Of a stretch of DNA of 64,000 nt, positions 57,734 through 64,000 are shown piece by piece. The stretch covers positions 64,001 to 128,000 of the forward strand of contig JBOEGF010000032.1 in assembly GCA_050633305.1 (NCBI GenBank), read 5' to 3'. The notes under the pieces were generated by a model, which saw only the letters and a list, made by a program, of their open reading frames with translations, searched no databases and had not been told where the DNA came from. Within the stretch, counting starts at the first letter, position 1; every line of letters starts with the position of its first letter. Made by a program: the position numbers and the translations under genes. Source of the stretch: Nannocystales bacterium. Lineage in GTDB: Bacteria > Myxococcota_A > Polyangia > Nannocystales > Nannocystaceae.

Positions 57734-59155
57734 TCACGTCGTCAACAACTCGGGGATAGCGCCTGGGGCGAAGCCCCCCAGTCCAAATTCGTCGACCGGT
57801 GCACCGCCAGCGTCGGTGACGCAGGCCATCTGCAGCAGCGAGTTGAGCACGCGGTTGACGTTCTCTCCCGAACCATCGAAGTGGTACTGACGCCGCCCAG
57901 GCCCGCTTCCGCCAGCGATCAAGAAACACAGGTCCGATGCTCCGTGGCCGTCCCCTTCCCCGAGGTCGGAGCCGAGCACACACAGGCTGTTGTCGAGCGC
58001 GGTCTGTCCATCGGGTCCCTCCACGATCGCGTCGAGCTCGGCGCACAGCTGAGCGAACTTCTCGACGAAGAACCGCAGACCTGTGACGCGGACCTCACCG
58101 TCCTTCTCCCAACCGTCCGAGGCGTGCACCACGGGGTGGTGCCAGTCCTGCACGGTGGCCACGGCGTCGTCGACCAACGGGATCCCGAAGAACGGGTTCT
58201 GCTGCTGGAAGAATTCCAAACGACCCACCGGAGCCACGCGACAAGCCATCGCGTGGGCCATCAGCCGAATCTGGATGTCAGCGTAGTCCCCCATCGACCA
58301 GTCCGCGTACGCCTCGGGGTCTTCGGAAGGGGCGTCCGGGATCGTGCACGCCAGCGGCGGCGGCATGTCGAGCTCGATGTCGCGGATCTTGTCCGCGTGG
58401 TCATCGAGGACGGCGCGGTCCGCTGACGAGAGCCCCTGCCGCAAGTCGACGAAGCTGTCCCGGACCGCGTCCAACACGCTCTTTCGGCGCCGCTGCAACG
58501 TCAGCAGAGACTCGTCGACCTCCCCATCGGGCATGACGCCTGAGAAGAGGCTTGCGAACGCCAAACCGGGGTTCGCTTGCAGGGTGACTGGGTTCTCCGG
58601 CGCCTCGTAGAAGAACTCGCTGTCGACATTGTCGGCCAGCTGGCGACCCGCAACGCCGAGATCCACCGAGGGGCGCAGGTGCGAGCCATCGCTGAGGAAC
58701 TCGCCGATCACATGGTCCACGGACGGACCGTTGGCGGTGCGCTGGTTGCCATCGGGCGACTGCTCCACGACGTTGTCGATGTGGTTCTCGCCGCTGGCCC
58801 CGAACGCGTGCCGCATCAGCGTTCCGGTGAAGACCGACTCTTTCTTTCCCGGGTGGCCGTAGACGTATCCCGACCCGCCGACGTTCAGCACCGCGTTGGG
58901 ACAACTGCTCACCACAAGCGTGCGGTCCTTGAACGGCTCCATCGACGCCGTGATCGGGCCAAAGTCAAAACTCGACCCGGTCGCTGTGGGCCGGAAGAAC
59001 GGGACGTGGGTCCCCATCGGGTAGGCCATCGAGATGACTCGGCGAGGCCCGTTGGGGTCGCCGGCCGCCCGCGCCTCATCAGCGGCGAACCTGGACAACA
59101 TCGGCAGGCCCACCGTCAGGCCACACGCACCTTGCAGGAATCTTCGTCGTCTCAT
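57734..59155 (-). CDS. DUF1552 domain protein (Tat-exported)
   Basis: RRRFLQG...GLPMLS; PSVDHVI; RRKSVLDAV; LDDHADKIRDIE. Confidence 0.88.
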   Translation of the reverse strand: MRRRRFLQGACGLTVGLPMLSRFAADEARAAGDPNGPRRVISMAYPMGTHVPFFRPTATGSSFDFGPITASMEPFKDRTLVVSSCPNAVLNVGGSGYVYGHPGKKESVFTGTLMRHAFGASGENHIDNVVEQSPDGNQRTANGPSVDHVIGEFLSDGSHLRPSVDLGVAGRQLADNVDSEFFYEAPENPVTLQANPGLAFASLFSGVMPDGEVDESLLTLQRRRKSVLDAVRDSFVDLRQGLSSADRAVLDDHADKIRDIELDMPPPLACTIPDAPSEDPEAYADWSMGDYADIQIRLMAHAMACRVAPVGRLEFFQQQNPFFGIPLVDDAVATVQDWHHPVVHASDGWEKDGEVRVTGLRFFVEKFAQLCAELDAIVEGPDGQTALDNSLCVLGSDLGEGDGHGASDLCFLIAGGSGPGRRQYHFDGSGENVNRVLNSLLQMACVTDAGGAPVDEFGLGGFAPGAIPELLTT

Positions 59156-60867
59156 TCCCCACCTCCATCACCGGTGTTACGGAACCGGAACCCGTCCGAC
59201 ACTGCGATCGCGATGAGGAGTTCACGAACGTCGCCCTCACTCGCTGAAAACGCGGTCCGAATCTCGTCCAACGAACAGGAATCGAGCTCGGTCTCCCGCC
59301 GCCCCATCGCGTAGCGGTACCAGTGCGTCGCGTAGCAGTCCTGCGCCAGCTCGGACTCTGCGAGCGCCACTACGAGCTCGGACGCGTTGGTGAACGACCC
59401 GGCAAACACGGCGATGTCGATGTCGACCGCCGTGTCGATGTCCGCGCCGTTCTCTTGGGTCCGATGAGCGCCGACCCAGTCGTACGCCTCGAACGGAAAC
59501 CCGAACGGGTTGAGACCAATGTGGCACCCAGCGCAGGAAGGCTCGATCATCAGCGGCTCGAGTCGCTGGCGTGCGGTCGGCAGGTCGCCGTACTCGCCCA
59601 GCGTCCCTTCGATGTCGACATCCCCTGGAAATGCGGGGACCTCGAGACACAGCACGTGCTGGCGGACGAACGCGCCCCGCTCGACCAGCGACGTGGAGTC
59701 GCTGTGTGCAGCCGATGCCATGGCCGCCGCTGTGGTCAGCAACCCACGTCGCGGAGAGGTCCCCGGGTCCCCCGCGTTGTAGATCGCGTTGAGACGGCCA
59801 TCGCTGGGGAACGCCTCGGTCGTCAGCAGCGTTCGAAACGAACCGTCGGTCTCATCGATGAACCATTGGCCGAACGCACGCAGTTCCTCGGACATCGCCG
59901 CGCGAGCCTCCTCGTCCCACAACGCGTGGTTGCGCTCCGCTCCATCGAGCGAGAAGCCGCGAAGCCACTCGTGGTGGAACGTCGTCATCGCGTTCGAGAC
60001 CTCGGAGGATGCGGAGAGCCTTCGCGCCTGCTCTTCCACCCCCTCGCGGGTCAACAACCGACCGTCGGCAGCCGCGGCAACCAACTCGTCGTCGGGGAGT
60101 CCACCGGTGAACAGCAGCGAGAGACGTGTCGCGACCTCGTGCCCGGACAGGGCGACCACCATGGGGTCGTCGGTGGGAAGGCCCGGCTCGGTCACGTACA
60201 GCAGCGCCGGAGCCTGGAGAAAATACTGCAAGACCGCGGCGAGCGCCTCTTCCACTCCATCCTCGTCCCGGACCCCCGCGTAGAGGTCCAACACCAGGGC
60301 TCGCTCGGCGTCGGTCGGCGGCCGCCGGAACGCCCGCGTCGCAAAGTCTTCGACGAACGACGGCATGCATCCGTCGACCACCTCAGCCGAGAGGCCCTCG
60401 GAGACACACGGGATGAGCATCGGAGCGAGCGTGCTCAGGTCCTCTCGGAAGAGGGTCGCGATCGCCTCCGCGTTGTCCTCGATCTGAATCGACTCCGCGG
60501 TCGAGACCGTGTTCGCGCTGGCGAACGTCGTGAAGTTGTCGTCGATGCGCGTCTCGGGGAAGGCATCGATCTCCCGCGCCGCGGCCGCCAACGGCCCGGG
60601 TAGAAGACCCTCGACGACCTCCCAGTACTGAGCCCCGGACAGTCGCCGCAGGGGCTGCGCCCCCACGCTTTCGCAGGTGAGCGAGGGCGGTTGGTCCGGG
60701 TTTCCTGTTCCTTCACCGGAACCGCTCTCGGTGGGTCCCATGGGCCCGTCCGTTTCGGCGCCACCCTCAGTCCCCGATTCCAGCGCCACGCCCTCGTAGC
60801 AGCCACCGACCCAAAGTGCGAGACCGCTCACTACCCAAGTCGCGGCCGCGCTCCGTACCCCTCGCAT
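59152..60867 (-). CDS. DUF1592/DUF1588/DUF1585-family (PSD) lipoprotein
   Basis: PLRRLS..QY, AFRRPPT, EVATRLS....PDDEL, RRGLLT, CAGCH; coupled to the DUF1552 gene. Confidence 0.88.
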   Translation of the reverse strand: MRGVRSAAATWVVSGLALWVGGCYEGVALESGTEGGAETDGPMGPTESGSGEGTGNPDQPPSLTCESVGAQPLRRLSGAQYWEVVEGLLPGPLAAAAREIDAFPETRIDDNFTTFASANTVSTAESIQIEDNAEAIATLFREDLSTLAPMLIPCVSEGLSAEVVDGCMPSFVEDFATRAFRRPPTDAERALVLDLYAGVRDEDGVEEALAAVLQYFLQAPALLYVTEPGLPTDDPMVVALSGHEVATRLSLLFTGGLPDDELVAAAADGRLLTREGVEEQARRLSASSEVSNAMTTFHHEWLRGFSLDGAERNHALWDEEARAAMSEELRAFGQWFIDETDGSFRTLLTTEAFPSDGRLNAIYNAGDPGTSPRRGLLTTAAAMASAAHSDSTSLVERGAFVRQHVLCLEVPAFPGDVDIEGTLGEYGDLPTARQRLEPLMIEPSCAGCHIGLNPFGFPFEAYDWVGAHRTQENGADIDTAVDIDIAVFAGSFTNASELVVALAESELAQDCYATHWYRYAMGRRETELDSCSLDEIRTAFSASEGDVRELLIAIAVSDGFRFRNTGDGGGE

Positions 60868-61010
60868 GGTGGTGGGTGGTGGCCGGCGGTCCGTTTCATC
60901 CCCCGAATCACACCAGTGCCGACCCGGTAACCGGCATCACCGGACACTCTTTCGAGGCCGTGGCAGCACACATCTCCGCACCTCGGTCCTGAGCTCCGGC
61001 CGTGTGGGGT

Positions 61011-61976
61011 TCAGGGGTCGATATCGCAGCCGATCGGAGCCGTCGCGACGACGATGTCGTCGATCCCGTAGGCCGTGACCCCGGAATGCGACGGGGATCC
61101 GATGCCGCCGATCTCGATGTTGGCGACGCCCTCGACGGGCACAGTGTCGATCCCGGGACCATTCCCAAGCACCGGGACATCATCGACACGCACCTCCACC
61201 TCGCCCTGCCCCTGCGAGATCTGAACTCGAAGTTCTACACAAGACCATGCGCCCGGGGTCAGCAGGTCGTTGCCGATCACGTTCGCCTCGGGGCTCAGGA
61301 GATTGACGAACATCAAGCCGGCCTGCGGCCGGAGGTCGAGCGAGAACCGCTCTGTCCCCGCATCGGTCGACCCGAAGATTTCGAACAGAATCGCCCACGT
61401 CTCGACGGTGTCGGCGGCAGGCAACCAGACGAATGCACGGATCGCCAGCAGCCCCTCGTCCATCGGGGGATCCAAGTTGAGCTGGAGTTGCTCGCGCTCA
61501 TCGGGGCCGACCGTGACCCACCCCGCACCGAGTCCAGAGTTGAGCGGATCTTTCGACCGCATGATGGACCCACCGCTCCACGAGGCAGAGAACCCCTCCT
61601 CTTCGAAGCCCTCACAAACGAGGATCGAAGGATCATCGCATGCAAGGGGGGAGGCCTCGCACCCCAACGGCCCGCACACTTTTCCCGGCTCGCACAGCGC
61701 GTCGAGAAACGAAACGACACACTCGCCGTCACGACAGCGCGCCTGCTGGCAGTCATGGAAGGCGACACACGCGGGTTCGCACCCGGCCGGGCTCGTGGTG
61801 CTCGTCGAATCTCCGGAGGCTTCCGCGCTTCCGGTGCTTCCGGTGCTTCCGGTGCTCACGCCCGCCGAGCCCCCCCCGGAGCCGTCCTGGTCTACCGCGC
61901 CGATCGTCGCGGCCGGAGCGATGCAACCCGACAGCGACACGAGCATGAACGCCCGTACGAGCCCTCCCCTTGCCAT
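61011..61976 (-). CDS. Hypothetical Cys-rich lipoprotein with beta-sandwich C-terminal domain
   Basis: LSGC lipobox, Ser/Thr linker, Cys-rich segment, CEGFE...WSCVEL...IDDIVVATAPIGC. Confidence 0.68.
   Translation of the reverse strand: MARGGLVRAFMLVSLSGCIAPAATIGAVDQDGSGGGSAGVSTGSTGSTGSAEASGDSTSTTSPAGCEPACVAFHDCQQARCRDGECVVSFLDALCEPGKVCGPLGCEASPLACDDPSILVCEGFEEEGFSASWSGGSIMRSKDPLNSGLGAGWVTVGPDEREQLQLNLDPPMDEGLLAIRAFVWLPAADTVETWAILFEIFGSTDAGTERFSLDLRPQAGLMFVNLLSPEANVIGNDLLTPGAWSCVELRVQISQGQGEVEVRVDDVPVLGNGPGIDTVPVEGVANIEIGGIGSPSHSGVTAYGIDDIVVATAPIGCDIDP
61827..61856. repeat. 9-bp coding tandem repeat GCTTCCGGT x3 (STG linker)
   Basis: Directly visible. Confidence 0.75.
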
Positions 61977-62098
61977 TCGCTCAACCCTATCACCACGGCC
62001 GCCGACCGCTCGCGGCGACCGAGGCGCGCTTGAAACCCGGTGGACCCCCGAGCGTCGGGCAGGGGTCCGCATGGATCCGCGCTGTCGCTCAGTGTCGG

Positions 62099-63043
62099 TC
62101 AGTGTCGCTCGACGATCGCTCCGGCCCCCTGCGCGAGGAGGTCTTCGGCGATCGCGGTTCCCAGAGCCTCGGCCTCGGCGCGTGGACCTGTCCGCGAGGC
62201 CTCGTAGCAGGGCTCTCCGGTGGGGTCGACGACCATGCCACGGACGCTCACCGTGTCTGCGGAGAGCGTCGCGTAGCACGCCAGCGGGACCGTGCAGCTC
62301 GCCTCGAGCCGCACGAGGAACCCGCGTTCTGCAGCCGCTCTCACGGTCGTGTCGGGGTCGACGAGCGCAGTGAGCAATTCGCGGACGCGCGCGTCTTCGG
62401 ACCGGCACTGCAGCGCAAGGATCCCCTGCGCGGGCGCGGGCAAGAACGCCTCTTCGCTCAGCACCTCGCTGATGCGGTCGCCCATCCCGAGTCGTCGAAG
62501 ACCGGCCGCCGCGAGGATGACCACATCGACCTCCCCGTTGTCGACCAGCCCAACCCGGGTCGGGACGTTTCCACGGATTGGGACGACTTCAACGTTCGGG
62601 TTGATGCGGCGGACGATAGCGCCACGGCGCAACGACCCGGTGCCCACGCGAGCCCCGGCAGGCAGGTCCGCCAACGAAACGGATTCGCCCACACGACCGA
62701 CGAGCGCATCGCGGGGGTCCTCCCGCTTGGGGGTGCAGGCGATCTCGAGGCCAGCGGGTCCCAGCGCGGGCATGTCTTTCATGCTGTGCACCGCCAGGTC
62801 GACGCTGCCGTCGAGGAGCTTGGCCTCGATGCTCTTCACGAACAAACCCTTCCCGCCGATCTCGTGAAGCGGACGGTCTTGAACCTGGTCCCCCTTGGTG
62901 CTGATGACATTCAGATCGATCTGAAGTCCTTCGCCCCAGTGCGCGCGCAGCTGGTCGCGAACGTGGTTGCTCTGCCACAGGGCGAGTGCGGATCCACGGG
63001 TGCCAATTTGAACGGGTGAAGCGAGAAGTTCGTCGCGGTTCAT
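62099..63043 (-). CDS. hemC: Hydroxymethylbilane synthase (porphobilinogen deaminase)
   Basis: IGTRGSALALWQS, GGKGLFVK, AVHSMKD, REDPRDAL, IRGNVPTR, PAPAQG, LEASCTVP. Confidence 0.97.
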   Translation of the reverse strand: MNRDELLASPVQIGTRGSALALWQSNHVRDQLRAHWGEGLQIDLNVISTKGDQVQDRPLHEIGGKGLFVKSIEAKLLDGSVDLAVHSMKDMPALGPAGLEIACTPKREDPRDALVGRVGESVSLADLPAGARVGTGSLRRGAIVRRINPNVEVVPIRGNVPTRVGLVDNGEVDVVILAAAGLRRLGMGDRISEVLSEEAFLPAPAQGILALQCRSEDARVRELLTALVDPDTTVRAAAERGFLVRLEASCTVPLACYATLSADTVSVRGMVVDPTGEPCYEASRTGPRAEAEALGTAIAEDLLAQGAGAIVERH

Positions 63044-64000
63044 GACGGTTCGGGTCGGGGCTTGGCGGCCGGAGCATCGCCTTCAGCCTTCGAAGATTGG
63101 CCGCGGGCCCGCGGATCGGGCTCGTCGAGCGCAAACAGCACAGAGAGCGACTCGGCCAGCTGAGCGCCGTCCAGCCCCTTCACGGGGCCGTTCGCACCTT
63201 GCCGGACCGCCGACATCGGCGAGTGCAGCAACTTCTGAGCGACGGACTGGGCCAGCTTTTGGAGGACCTTCCGCTGTGCGGGATCGAGATCGGGAAGCTT
63301 GGTCAGCGCACGCGCGACCTCTGCATCCACAATGCCGCGGGCGCGTCCTTGCAGAGCGCCGATCAGCGGGCCGACCGCGCGAGAGCGCATCCACTGGACG
63401 AACCCATCGACCTCCTCGTCGACGAGCGCCTCGGCCCGGCGCGCCTCTCCCTGTCGGGACCGCAGGTTGTCGTGAACGATGCTCTGCAAGTCGTCGACGT
63501 TGTAAAGGAAGACGTGGTTTGCACGGGAGACGTCGGACGCGACATCACGGGGAACCGCAATGTCGACCAGGAACAGCGGACGTTGACGCCGCTTCTTCAT
63601 CACCGGCTTGAGCGTGGACTTGTCGATGATCGGGAGCTTGGATCCGGTGCTGCTGATCACGACGTCGGCCCGTACCAGCTCCGCCTCCAGTCGATCCCAG
63701 GGCTCGAATCGGCCCTCGACGGCGCGCGCGAGGGCCTCGCCCCGTTCGACCGAGCGGTTCACCACGACGATCTCCGGCACCCCGGCAGCACGTAGGTGGA
63801 CGGCCGCGGCCTGAGCCATCTCGCCTGCGCCGACCACCAGAACGGCCGAGTCGGTCAGGTCACCGAAGATGCTGGTCGCCAGGTCCACCGCAACCGAAGG
63901 CACGCTTGCGCCACCGCGGGCGATCTCGGTCTCGGTGCGGACCCGCTTGGCGCCCTTGAATGCGAGCGAAAGACAGCGGTCGAGCACCGGCCCCACGCGC
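63040..64000 (-). CDS. hemA: Glutamyl-tRNA reductase (partial; 5' end beyond window)
   Basis: AKRVRTETEI..G..SV.SVAV, VVGAGEMA, NRS, LVDIAVPRDV, YNVDDL. Confidence 0.95.
   Translation of the reverse strand, partial: RVGPVLDRCLSLAFKGAKRVRTETEIARGGASVPSVAVDLATSIFGDLTDSAVLVVGAGEMAQAAAVHLRAAGVPEIVVVNRSVERGEALARAVEGRFEPWDRLEAELVRADVVISSTGSKLPIIDKSTLKPVMKKRRQRPLFLVDIAVPRDVASDVSRANHVFLYNVDDLQSIVHDNLRSRQGEARRAEALVDEEVDGFVQWMRSRAVGPLIGALQGRARGIVDAEVARALTKLPDLDPAQRKVLQKLAQSVAQKLLHSPMSAVRQGANGPVKGLDGAQLAESLSVLFALDEPDPRARGQSSKAEGDAPAAKPRPEPS

Noticed and set aside
55360..60867. ECF cassette plus DUF1552/DUF1592 pair as a novel system
   Set aside because: Both are common, multi-copy modules in myxobacterial genomes
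1..64000. Prophage, IS element, tRNA or rRNA
   Set aside because: No integrase, transposase, phage structural gene or cloverleaf/rRNA signature seen; composition looks uniform by eye

Overview
High-GC (about 68% by eye), gene-dense chromosomal window. It is almost certainly from a myxobacterium, judging by the DUF1552/DUF1592 pair, ECF/anti-sigma cassettes, many Cys-rich lipoproteins and a Ser/Thr kinase. I see about 55 CDS and no rRNA, tRNA, CRISPR array or mobile element. Housekeeping and envelope genes include a GldAFG-like ABC system, PBP1A, a second transglycosylase, trmH, cls, aspS, lnt, an Atm1-like exporter, phhA, hemC and hemA. Main points of interest: (1) at 21.5-30.7 kb, a flagellar regulatory cassette with no structural flagellar genes (FleQ/FlrA-like sigma54 activator, sigma54 promoter, flhG-fliA, csrA-fliW). 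A second sigma54 promoter there precedes a degenerate HATPase and a diguanylate cyclase, and the cassette is flanked by a pseudo-receiver/DUF4388/roadblock protein and an apparently dead PilT-like protein. (2) A Wss1/SprT-like HExxH protease ending in a beta-clamp-type motif (QLGLF). (3) A bufferin-type (MNIO/DUF692) RiPP locus with a lipid-anchored precursor paired with a diheme cytochrome c. (4) A small CxxC lipoprotein with three YGVP repeats. All calls come from motif recognition by eye; no database searches were run, and start codons are best estimates.
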